DNA of 64,000 nucleotides. It comes from the human T2T-CHM13v2.0 reference genome, Homo sapiens. The notes beneath the pieces were generated by a model, which was not told where the DNA came from, did not search any database, and was given only the letters and a program-made list of their open reading frames with translations. Location of the stretch: NCBI RefSeq assembly GCF_009914755.1, contig NC_060928.1; one strand, written 5' to 3'. This document shows, piece by piece, positions 39,437-51,304 of the stretch. The number at the start of each line of letters is the position of its first letter. The first letter of the stretch is position 1. The translations under genes were made by a program, and so were the position numbers.

Positions 39437-41315
39437 CACTACATATTTAGAAAGAGAACCAGGAAACGAAAAGTTAAATATTAAGAGTATCTCCTCCCCG
39501 CCCCCACTTTTTTTACCGGTCATTAGCTGGTTTTCAACCAAAGATTTGTTCATTCTAAATAAGCACAAAATTATTGTTCTGTTCATTGAAGCTGCTTAAG
39601 GTAGATTTTCTAGTTTCTCTTACTTTTTTGGAGAGTAATGAAGCTAAGAAAGAAACAATAATTATGTACCACATAGTATATGAACGTGTGTGTATTTTAA
39701 CCATTTGAAAGCAACTTCAAAAGCCACTAGCATTTCAAAAATTGAAATAGGGAGGGAAGAATAAAAATAAAAGGGCTTCGGGAATGTGAAAGTTGTAGAC
39801 ACCCCACCTGAAATACGCACATTTAAAAAACTAGCTTGTAACAATAATTAAGCAGTATCCAAGTACAAAGGCCTTTTAAAAATTCCTTGAAAAAATTAAT
39901 AAAATGCATAATTTATTTTTAAAAATATATTAATAAAAGTCATAAATATGCTAACAATTACTATCAAAAAAACCATGCCTAAAATTAAAAGAAAAACTAA
40001 AATAGGTGTCACTTAGATCCAAATTTGGGAATACTTGTAGCTACAATGTGTCAGAAAGAAGAAATGGCCACAAGAAATGCTAGATAAGACCAAAAATATC
40101 CTTACTTATTTTGTAAGAGCAAAGGAATATTCAAAAACTGAAGATACCACTATAAAATTGTGTCACCCATTTTCAAATTAAAAGATATACAAAAATGTTC
40201 ACAACATTTGACTAATAAATTTCTTTTTGGGAATTCATCATAAGACTGAATCAAAAGAATCATGAAGCCACAGGCATTCCTATAGATGGTTACCTCATTA
40301 CTTATAATATCAATAAACCAGAAAGAAGCTAAATGTCCAATAATAAAGTAAAGGTTAAATACATTTGGGATAGTCAATTAAGTTTAACAAACATAAACTG
40401 AGTATGTTCTACATGCCAGGCATATAGCTAGCTATAGGCATACAAAAACTACTAACATAACAGCTTTGCTCCCAATACGGGAGTCTCATTCTACCATATC
40501 AACTCGATGAACTATGAAAAACCCATTAAGAAGAATGTAAAACAAAATAGATACATCTTTAGGGTAAATACTAGTATATAAAAATATGAAATAAAAAATA
40601 TGAAATATTATGATCTGAGTTATATAAAAAGTCAACATAGAGTAGAAAGAAATAGAGTGGAATCATGAGAAGAACATTTGGTAGTTAATTACAGGGTGTT
40701 CACTAATCCATTATTACTGATCTTAATTTGACAGGCTATTTCTCATGCCATCTGTAATGTGTCAAACACCCTCCTTAAACATTTTTTTCTTTAGTGGACT
40801 GTAGATATTCTCTTTAGTCAATTCCATCTGTTAGTGGCAGCATATGCTATATAGCTCCAGAAATGCTAATATACTCAGGCAATGGATATAAGCAACTAAT
40901 AGAGATTTTGAAATTGACAAACCTAACCTTTCTAAAGCAGAGGGCATGGCAGTAAACAGAGTTTTAAATGTATTCTTGTGGACCGATGGTAAAATTTCTG
41001 AACTGATACTCTTAACACCTTTATTAAAACAAATCTAATCTCTCTGCTCACTCCTTCCATTCAACAATACAATGAAATGTTTTCATATTCTCTGATCTTT
41101 GGCTAACTTAATTATTTCATTTACTTGGTATAAGTGATGTTTGCTACATGCAACTCAGTTTTCACTCACAGTTTTACTAGTAGTACTAATACACATTTAA
41201 CAAAATTGATGGACTTTCCTGTGGTGCTTTAACTAGCAGCATATTGAATGATATTATCTGAGAAACAATCATTTCCTTTCTCTACTTCATCCTTTATCGC
41301 TCCTTTCATTACTAG

Positions 41316-41600
41316 TTCAGTCATTCAACATAAATTTATCAAGCATTTACTATAACCTGGTTACTCTTCTGAGCACTATGGATTAAGCAGTGAATAAGAA
41401 AACATCCCTGGCCTCACATAACTCACACACATTGCAGTTGAAGAGTTATGACTTTAAAAACAGAAATATAGTTCAGGTCATAATAATTGCTATAAAAAAT
41501 AAAGCAAGTGCACACTTAAAGAGTGACTGGGTGAGGGCTTGGTGTATTGCCTCTTTTGAGGAGGTGACATTTGAGCAGAAGCCTCAATAGAGTAAAGGAT
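41316..41600 (-). mobile_element. L2 3' fragment
   Basis: ttcagtcattcaacataaatttatcaagcatttactat...gaggaggtgacatttgagcaga. Confidence 0.7.
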
Positions 41601-41846
41601 TAATAAAGCCAGCAACCTCACGAGATTATCAACATCTATAACAACATAAGGAATATTATAAATCTCTTGGAAAATGTAAACCAGAAAGATGATTTATACT
41701 TGCTTCGTTTTTGTGCTGTTAGTTCTAAAAAGTCTCATCATAGCCCTTGGCTGTTGAAACAATGCGCAGTCATGAAGACTCACAGACTAAAAGTAGTTCA
41801 ATCCCAAGCACATCAAAGAAACATGAGTGCATTTTACACAAGTGTA

Positions 41847-42697
41847 CAGTCACACACCACAAAATGACATTTCAGTCAACAATGGACTGCATATATGATG
41901 ATGGTCCCGTAGGATTCCAATGGAGCTGAAAATTTCCTATCACCCTGTGACGTCTTAATGATCCTGATCCCATGTAGGCCGAGGCTAGTGACGTCTTAAT
42001 GATCCTGATCCCATGTAGTCTGAGTCTAATGTGTATGTTCGTGTTTTAGTTTTTAATGAAATAGTTTAAACATGTTTTAAATTTAAAAAATAGAAAATAT
42101 AGAATAGAATATAAAAAGAAAATATTTTTGTAGAGTTATACAATGTGTTTGGGTTATTATAAGAGTTTAAAAGTAAAAAAAAAATCGTAAACATTTATAA
42201 AGTAAAAAAGTGACAGTAAGCTCAAGTTATTATTGAAGAAAGAAAATTTTTAAAATAAATTTAGTGTAGCCTAAGTGTACGGTGTTTATGAAGTCTAGAG
42301 GAGTGTACAGTAATGTTTTAGGCCTTCACAGTAACACATCGCTCACTCACTCAGAGTCATACAGAGCAACTTCCAGTCCTGAAAGCTCCATTCATGACAG
42401 GTGATCTATATAGGTGTACCATTTTTATCTTTGATACAGTATTTTTATGCTATCTTTTCTATGTTTAGATACACAAAAACTTACCACTGTGTTATAATTG
42501 CCTACAGTATGCAGTACAGTAACATACTGTACAGGTTTGTAGCCTAGGATCAATAGACTATAAGGCATAGCCTAGGTGTGTATTAGGCTATGCCATCTGG
42601 GTTTGTGTAAGTACACTGCATGATGTTCACACAATGTGAAATCACCTAACAACACATTTCTCAGAATATATCCTCCACATTAAGCAAGGCATGACTG
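41847..42697. mobile_element. Tigger3 (Golem/MER7) internal-deletion derivative
   Basis: TA-cagtca...catgactg-TA termini and typical Tigger3 body (tttagtgtagcctaagtgtac, ggtttgtagcctagga). Confidence 0.85.
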
Positions 42698-44287
42698 TAA
42701 TGGGTACGTAGCTCAGAAATGACCAACCTCTCAAAAAGCCAAACCACTTCATATTTTTGTCAGGTTATTTATGCCTTGGCATTTGTGCAAAGCAGAAGCA
42801 TACATTGTAATCACTTGAAAGAAAAGATTATATCTAGACCAAAGAAAGTAAGACAAAAGCCACAATGAACAGCAAGGTTAATTATTCTAATGAAGCATCT
42901 TTCCACAGCTCCTCCAATTTCTAACCATATTATAAGAATACTCATTCTCCATCCCTCTCCCAAACCACTGCCACTGCCCAAAAATAATGGTGGGATTTAG
43001 TTGACATTTTTTTACTATTTTTCAGTGTTTTGAAATCTTTTTTGGATACTAAAACAGGCAAAAAAAAAAAAAAAAGCATTTGGTAACATACTTTCAAATA
43101 AAGATTTCCTCTTCCACAACTTCACATCTACTTCTTTCTTTATTTTTTAACTTGTCCAGTTACAGGTGGCTAGCAGCAAAGAGTTCCACCCTGCCATTAA
43201 CCAAAGAGAAGCCTCACTGAAAAGGATCAAGAGCTCTGTGTTTCATCAATTTAACATCCTAGCATTAGCACCAGCCAAGCAGACACAGCCAGCCTGCCAA
43301 GACAAACAAATGGGTCTTGGCTAAAGGGGCGCCCATCTCTGGAGACAGCCCTCCAGTCTAAACTTCTTAAGGAGTCCATATAAACGTGCTTTTATTGAAA
43401 GGTGCTACTCCATCTAAAAAGCACAGATTCAGTTCAAACACTACCACCTTTCACGGTTATGTTGGCTTAAGGTGTGTGCAGCTCAATGACCGTGCAAAAC
43501 CTGCGTCACAGCTACCTGCTGCTCACTTTTTAAATCCCCAAACCAAAACTTCTGGAGCCACATTGAACACTGGCTGTTTTATCAGAAAGAAAATAAGAGT
43601 GAAGAAGGATGCTGGGCCACAGAATCTTTTCCTGCCTCCACCCCAACCCCATCCAAATAGAGAGCTGCACTAGGTGAATAAATGGTTATAGGTCTCCTCT
43701 GTTTCTCTAGCCTAGTGGATAGAATTTAAACTTAGTGTGGGAATGTCACTCCTTCATTCCTTTTCTGGAGTTTGTCAGTAAGCGAACATTGCTTAAAGGT
43801 TGAGCTTCTTGGAGATGTGGGGTGGGCAGGGCTAAATTGTGAAATCTATTAAAAACTGAAAAGATTTTACAGAAAACTATAAATTTTTAACTAAATTTAA
43901 AAGAAAATCCACTAGCAAACATTTATTGAACATTTACTCTGTGTTGAATTCTGGGAAAAGTGTGGGGCTATGAAAGAGAACATGGCACTTACCATCCTAG
44001 AGAAACTATAAATCTAATTCAGTCAAATACTAATGGCAACAACTAAGAATAAAAACTACATCCTGAAAGTTTGCAAGATTTGGATTCCTAAGAATGTGCA
44101 AGAAGTGTCTCTACAAAGTAATGGACCAAAATTCTATGAGATAGTTTGGAAAAGTAGTCTCACAACTTAGTGTTCAAACTGCATAACCTTCATCTTAGAA
44201 GTTTCAGGCGTTTGTGTGTCACCAAATGAGTATTCAAGCATTCACAATCACAAGGAGCCACCCTCACAGGAGCGGCAGTAGTCTTGT

Positions 44288-45970
44288 ATTCATTCATCCT
44301 CTGAGCATTGGGCTTCTAAAATGTGCCAAGCACTCCATCCAGGTGTTGGAAATGTAATGGTAACAAGACAGAAATCTAAGCCCTTGCCCTCATGAAGTTG
44401 ATAATCCAGTTCAGGAGAGAGAATATTAATAAGTAAATAAATAAACACCATTGCTTAGTTAGTGACAACTATGATGCTAAAAATTAGCCTGGGTCCTGGG
44501 AAGATCTGAGATGGAGGGGCAGGTATCAGAGGAACCATTTTAAGAAAGGGTAGTCCAGATTGGCTCAAGAAGGAATACTTGAGCAAAAATCTGAAGGATC
44601 AAAAGGAGCCAACTATGTAGGAGGAGTGACTGGCAAAGGAAGTAGCAAGAGGAAGAAATGAGCTTAGCAAGTTCCAAGAACAAAAACGCCAATGTGGCTT
44701 GAACATAGTCAACCAGGGTGGAATAGTAAGGCTAGAGGCCAGTCTTTACCAAGGCTTGGATCATGTAAGGCCTTGCAGATGATGGTACAAAGTTTGGCTT
44801 TTATTCTGACAGTGATAGGAGGCAGCTAGGGTGGGAGGGTTAAAAGTGGGGGCGATATGATCTGATTTACTTGTTTTAATGTCCACTCTGACTGTACTCA
44901 TTCATTCAAACATTTGTTCAGCATTAACTATGTCCTACACACTGGGGATCCAGGATTGAACTAAAAAGGGCAAAATCTCTACCTTCATGAAGTTTGGGTG
45001 CAGGACAGGGGTTTTAGGGGCAATAAATACAAAGCACACACTTAAGCTTAATGTTTCAAGTTGATATGGTTTCCCTGTGTCCCCACCCAAATCTCACCTT
45101 GAATTGCAATAATCCCCATGTGTCAAGGGTGGGGCCATGTGGAGATAACTGAATTATGGGGGCAGGTTTCCCCCATACTGTTCTCATGGTAGTGAATAAG
45201 TCTCATGAGATCTAATGGTTTTATAAATGGGAGTTTTTCTGCACAAGTTCTCTTGTCTGCCACCATGTAAGATGTGACTTTGCTCCTCATTCAGCTTCTG
45301 CCATGATTGTAAGGCCTGCCCAGACATGTGAAACTGTGAGTCAATTAAACTTCTTTCCTTTATAAATTACCCAGTCTTGGGCATATCTTTATTAGCAGCA
45401 TGAGAACTGACTAATACACAAGTGATAATGTCCTATCAATAAAAAGAGAATAAAAAGGTAGAATGTGATAATGCAAGATGCCATTTCAGAAAGGTTGGTT
45501 GGGTCCTTCTGACACTGTGATGAACATCTGGGGAGAAAGCATCTCAGGAAGGTGAGCAGTCAGTGCAAATTCCATAGAGAAAGCACTGTTCAGCTCGTGG
45601 CTGGCACTATGGTTCACAGGAGGATGTAGAAGAAGAGGCTAGAGGGATAGCCTGTGTGAGAGCCATGTGCATCCTTGTAGTCCATGGTAATGAGTTTGGA
45701 TTGTATTCTTGAATGGCAAGAAAGACCACTGGATAGTTCTGAGCAGAAAATGACAATCTAACTGCTGTTTGGAGAAAAGACACTACGGCAACAAGACTAG
45801 ATGTGAAAAACACCGTTACAGCACAAGAGATGTGAGTAGCTTGGACCAGAGTGAATGGTCAGAATCTATACATATTCTGAAGGCGGAGCAAACAGAATTT
45901 GCTAATCGACAGAATGTGGGGGTGGGAAAGAATGAGAGCCTTCAAGCTTGATTCTAATGGTTTTGTCTTG
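44288..45970 (-). mobile_element. L2 fragments (at least two), one split by the THE1 LTR
   Basis: cattcattcaaacatttgttcagca, gtttggcttttattctga, gagtttggattgtattctt. Confidence 0.65.
45062..45418 (+). mobile_element. THE1 (THE1C-like) solo LTR
   Basis: tgatatggttt...actaataca with 5-bp TSD caagt at 45057-45061 and 45419-45423. Confidence 0.93.
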
Positions 45971-45999
45971 GATGTAATGCTATTTCTAATTTCCCTGCC

Positions 46000-47250
46000 T
46001 CCCTGTGGCTGCATCTTCTCTATATCCCTGGTAGGCTCCATGTAATCTAATGTTATTTGCCCAAGTTCTACCCTTGACCATCTTCTCTTCTCTTGTTCTC
46101 TTCTCTTTTTATCATTTCCATTTATACTCATCGCTTCAACTGTACTATATATGAGATGATACCCAGAGTAATAGAATGGAAAAGGCTGTAATTTAGGGTC
46201 AGATAGAATTAAGCTCAATTCCAAGTTCTATCAGTTCCAGCTATGCGGTCTTAGTTAAGATAATGACCTCTCTAAATCTGCCTCCTCAATGGTCCATTAG
46301 AGATGATAATACCTCAAGGGGATACTGAGATAATTAAATATGTCACATTTAAAACCTCACTATATCTCTGGCACATTGGAAGTAATCAAACATTATTTCA
46401 AAGTTGTATTTTATTTTGTTTTAATCTCCATCTCTAGCTAAAAATCACTGCAAAAAAGCTTTCCCCTCTCCTCCATTTTCCATAGTCAGCCAAACCTGAA
46501 GCCCAAAAGTCACCTTTGAGTCACCTTTGTCTCCTCTAGCTTTTTCTGGCTTTATTTCTAACTGCCAAGTCTGCAGATTCAAAATTATACCTATTGATTT
46601 CATTCCTTCTGTTAATCCTATACTTAGGTAGCCCCAAAATCTGCTGATCACTGTCTCGAGGCTTACTCTACAGCCTTGTCTCAGCTACACCTCTTCCCAC
46701 AGTATCTATTGCAGTATCTTCCAACTTCTCTAAGTCTTATTTCAGTGATCCTCCTAAAATGCAAGAGCACTCCTAAGTGAAAACCTGCAAATGGCTCCTT
46801 ATAATCTAAATAAGATTCCAGCTTGTTAATATACATTCAAGAGACATGATTTTGATCCCATCTTGTATCTCCAACTTCTCCTACATTATTTCGTCTTTAT
46901 TCCATACTCTTACAATTTAAAAGTCTACTGTCCTATTCCACCCTGATTTGTCCCATGTTATTTCTTCTGCCTAAAATATGCTCCTTCCTCCCAGCACCCC
47001 AAACTCTCTACTGTTTATTCTTTAAGTCCAAGTCTTACCTCCTCTGAAGGATCTTCCCTGAATACATCACAGACTAAGTTACCACCCTTTTAAGTGAGGA
47101 CAGAGTAGCAAGTTTGCATCACTTTACTAGGCCCTCATCATACCACACTGTAATCTTTTGCTAACTTGTATAGCACTCCCCATAGATGGCCATCCTTGAA
47201 GACAGAACTACTCATGACTCATCTTTGTATCCTTAGTGCCTACCATCCTA
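46000..47250 (+). mobile_element. L2 remnant with nested MIR (about 46170-46400)
   Basis: cagccaaacctgaa...gtcacctttga, catctttgtatccttagtgcctacca; MIR-like aatgacctctctaaatctgcctcctca. Confidence 0.5.
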
Positions 47251-48457
47251 CAGCAATGCTGTAATCCAATTATATAGAGCAGTCAACTAATGTTCAAAGA
47301 GGTTAAGCTATATTATATCATATATGGCTGTATGTATCAGAGCAAAGAAGGTTATAAACTCTGGACCATTTTGTTCCAGCAGCCACACTTTCTCAAAATT
47401 AGAATCATATAAAAATGTATTATTTCACTAATCCTTCAGAGGTTTTCAGTCTGAAAAAAAAATTTCTTTAAGTAGAGCTCAAGAACATTCTTCATTGTAT
47501 ATCTAAAAATAGTGAAATGAAAAACTATTTTAGATTCCTTCATTTACAAACTCTAACTTAACAAAAACAAAAAGCATTACATGTAATATATAGTGTAAGA
47601 ATCTAATTGGCAAAACTTCACAATTGCCATGGATATGATGCCAATGGAATTTCAAACTTCTTCACAGTCATCATGATCCAAAGTTTACAGGATTCTTAAG
47701 AAAAATAAATCAGGACAATATCCCAAATTTCTTTTCAAATACAAATACTCTAATGGCAAATATCATGCAAACATTATGCAATTATTTCACAGTTCACAGT
47801 TTTGTTCTTCTTAAAAAATGTATTTCACAATTTTACTAAAAATTACCCATATGGTAATTACATAAATAAGGAACTTGATGTATCAGTTATATTAAAAGAC
47901 TCCCCATACCTAGTCATATTTAAATGACAAGTCTGGAATAATAAATAATGATTAACACAAGCATTAACCAAATACAAAAAGCTATCTTAACATTTTCCTT
48001 TAAAACTTAAGTAATGTCTTAGGTAAATCCATCCGTTATTTCGAACAACATTGCATCAAAAACATCACAACAAAGTTAAATTAATAATGTCAAAACTGGC
48101 ATGTATTATGAAAAAAAAAACGAGAAGAAAACTTAGAATAGAATGTAAGTTTTGACTTGGTTCACAGCTTATCTTGCCAGTGCATATCACATGGTCCCTC
48201 TCTTCAACCACCAGTCACACATCTAAGTTTAACTAAATGTTATTTATTTTTCATATTTTGTGGAAAAAGCAGTCTCTGGTTTCCAATAAAAAGATGGCAC
48301 AGCATCTTTCTCACCAAGAATAATTACTAGATGGTTGTTCATAACTTTTCATATGCAAGTTCCTATAGTACATACATATGATTATAAATCATACTACAAT
48401 CATATTAATTTAAACTCTACTCATCAATCATTATCAACTTAACAAATTAGCACTCTT

Positions 48458-48471
48458 GTGCCCTCTAGTGG
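48458..48471 (-). promoter_or_regulatory. Candidate CTCF site
   Basis: Minus strand reads CCACTAGAGGGCAC, matching the CCASYAGRKGGCRS core. Confidence 0.55.
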
Positions 48472-48639
48472 ATGAATGAATACAAAATTCTGTTTATTTT
48501 CCTCAGAAAGGTAAAAACTGAACCTGACTATACACGTGTATATTCAGAAATATGTTTAGAAGACAGATATAGTAACAGTTAACCAGTTAACAATGTAGCC
48601 CAAGAGGCTGGTGAATACAGATATGAAGACACTATATTA

Positions 48640-48887
48640 CAATAAAATGGTAGTATTCCATGGGTTGGAGTTTTACCTATAGAATTCAAATGGTTTGAAT
48701 TCATACTCCAACCCATAGAAGTGATGTTGTTTCAGGCTCATTGTTTAATATCAGAGGCTCCATTTCTTCCTCTCTAAAATGAGGTGGATAATAGTGACTT
48801 CATAAGTTGTTGTGAGAATTAAAGGGGTTAACATGTGAGTACAATGAACAGTACCTGGCATTCATTAGACGACTAATAAAATCAGTG
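48640..48887 (+). mobile_element. MIR SINE with hairpin-forming 5' part
   Basis: catttcttcctctctaaaatgagg...gttgttgtgagaattaaa...aacagtacctggca. Confidence 0.7.
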
Positions 48888-48969
48888 TCCTTTCCCCTTA
48901 TTGCTATCTAATCCCTCACCTCTCCGTGATCAGCATGCACAGGTCTTTCAGGCCTGCTCCTTCCAAGCA

Positions 48970-49411
48970 CAGGTGACTCTTGAACAACACAGATGTGAAC
49001 TGTGTGCATCCATTTATACATGGATCTTCTGCCTTTGCCAACCCTGTGACAGCAAGACCAACCCCTCCTCCTCCGCCTCCTCTCCCTTAGCCTATTCACT
49101 GTGAGGACAACAGGGAATGAAAAGCTTGATGATGATCCACTCCCACTTAATGAATAATAAATACATTTTCCCTTCCTTATGACTTTCTTAATAACACTTT
49201 TTTTCTCTGGCTTACATTATTGTAAGAATACAGTATATAATATATACAACATACGAAATAAGTGTTAATTGACTGTTTATGTTATCAGTGAGGCTTCCAG
49301 GCAACAGTAAGCTATTAGTGGTTAAGCTTTAAGGGAGTCAAAAGTTACATACAGACATTTCACTGCATGGGGGTTGGTTGCCCAACCTCCGCATTGATCA
49401 AGGATCAATTG
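48970..49411. mobile_element. Tigger2a (MER28) MITE
   Basis: TIRs caggtgactcttgaacaa / ttgatcaaggatcaattg followed by TA; gacagcaagaccaacccctcctc. Confidence 0.85.
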
Positions 49412-49716
49412 TATTGTCCCAGTGTGCCATATTTTTTTAAATACAAGACTTCAGAGAAGACTTCAAGTTTGTGTACAAGATGAGAAAAACTAGAATGCTC
49501 AATACTGTTTTAGTCTAGGTTGATACTGGCTGTCCTGTGGGTTTCATTCTGAATCGGGATTCTAGCCCTTTCAGCAACTCCTCTTACTTGGTCATGGGCA
49601 AAATGGCATAGCTACACTGACATGATTCCTCTATATCTCAGGCAGATATTCTAATCACCACCTACCTCTCTGGAATACCGTGAGGATTACTCAAGTCATT
49701 TTCTGAAATTCTTTTA

Positions 49717-49720
<4 letters not shown>

Positions 49721-49778
<58 letters not shown>
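49721..49778. repeat. (TA)15(CA)14 microsatellite
   Basis: Read directly. Confidence 0.98.
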
Positions 49779-49779
<1 letters not shown>

Positions 49780-49921
49780 TTCATATACATAATATATACA
49801 TCTCATGTATAATATATATACACTCATAATATATACATATTATGAGTATGTATATACACACATATAATACACACACATTTTTAAAATTATATCCATCTTC
49901 CTGTATATGCATGACTTATAG

Positions 49922-51304
49922 TAATAGTTCTCGAAATTTAACCTGTGAATCCCTGAAGACACCTAAGACCCATTCTCTTAAAGGGGCTCTGCAAGGTCAA
50001 AACTATTCTCACCCTAATATGAAGATGTTTTCACCTTTTTCACTGTGTTGATATTCGCACTGGTGGCAAAAAGGCAATGGTGAGTTAAACTGCTGGGCTT
50101 CCACATGAATCAAGGCAGTGGCACTCAACTGTACTAGGAGTCATCATATTCTTCACTGTCGTACACACTTATGGTAATGACAATAATTTTTAAAAGCCAG
50201 TTGCAATAAAAAAGTCCTGTTAAAGCGTAACAATTATTAATTTTATTAAGTCTTAAGGCTTAAGTACAAAATTTTTAATATCCTATGTGATATAAATAGG
50301 AAGTGCACAACCATATACCACTTCTATCGCATACCAAACTACAAAGGATATCTCAAGAAAGATCACTTGCACAAATGTTTGAGGTGTGAGTCGAATGAGC
50401 CGTTTTTTCATGGAACACCATTTTTACTTAAAATAATGACTAAGAGATAAAGCACAGTTATTCAAACTTGGATATTTGGCAAACATCTTCTTGAAAAATA
50501 ACGTGAGCCTGCCTTTTCAAGGAAAACAACTAACAGGATATGTTGCTAATGATAAAATTCAAGATTTCAAGCAAAAATTAGAAACTTGGAGTACTTGTTA
50601 TCTGCCACTGTTAGCTTAACAGACTCTCAACATTTAAAGACTTTTTCTGATTTAATCTGTAGTTATAGTAACAAATGTCAATAATGCAATAACTTCTAAC
50701 TCCATGACACAATATTTTCCAAATGACCAATGCATAAAATTACAAAAAGTGCAACATAGATTTTAATATAACAGAGTACAAAAATACTTGATATGCTTTT
50801 GGATTCCACATTGCATCTAGTATTTAGAGTGCTAGTATTTGTTGAGTTCTAGTATAGAATCAAAGAATGTTCTCATTATATAAAAAGCATTTTAAAATAT
50901 TTGTTTCATTTCCAACTGCATATGTTTATAAGACCAGATTTTCTTCATATACTTCAACCAAAACAACATTAAAAATGCAAAAGCAGATATGAAAACGTAA
51001 CCATCTTCTATCAAGCCAGGCAAGAAAAAGGTTGGTGAAAATTAAAAACAATGCCATCTTCCTCTTGAATTTTTTTGTTTTTGAAAATATAGCTACTTTT
51101 AGACAAACTTGTTTATGTTAATATATGCCAAGTTTATTATAACTACTGTAAAAATTAATAAATCAATATTTAATTTTGTTCATCTCTGATTTTCATTATG
51201 GTAAATGTAGATAGATATAATCTATATAAACAAAATCTCTTTGAGGTCTTAAATAATTTTTCAGACTATAAGGGCCCTAAAGTCAAAAATTGTCAGAACT
51301 ACTA
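49922..51304. mobile_element. Charlie1a-like hAT transposon
   Basis: ggtcaaaactatt, gaatcaaggcagtggcac, tttttcatggaacaccatttttactt, ttcaaggaaaacaact; about 1.4 kb. Confidence 0.8.

Noticed and set aside
48655-48666. attccatgggtt shared with the 3' half of miR-146a-5p
   Set aside because: Seed and precursor do not match; a 12-nt coincidence.
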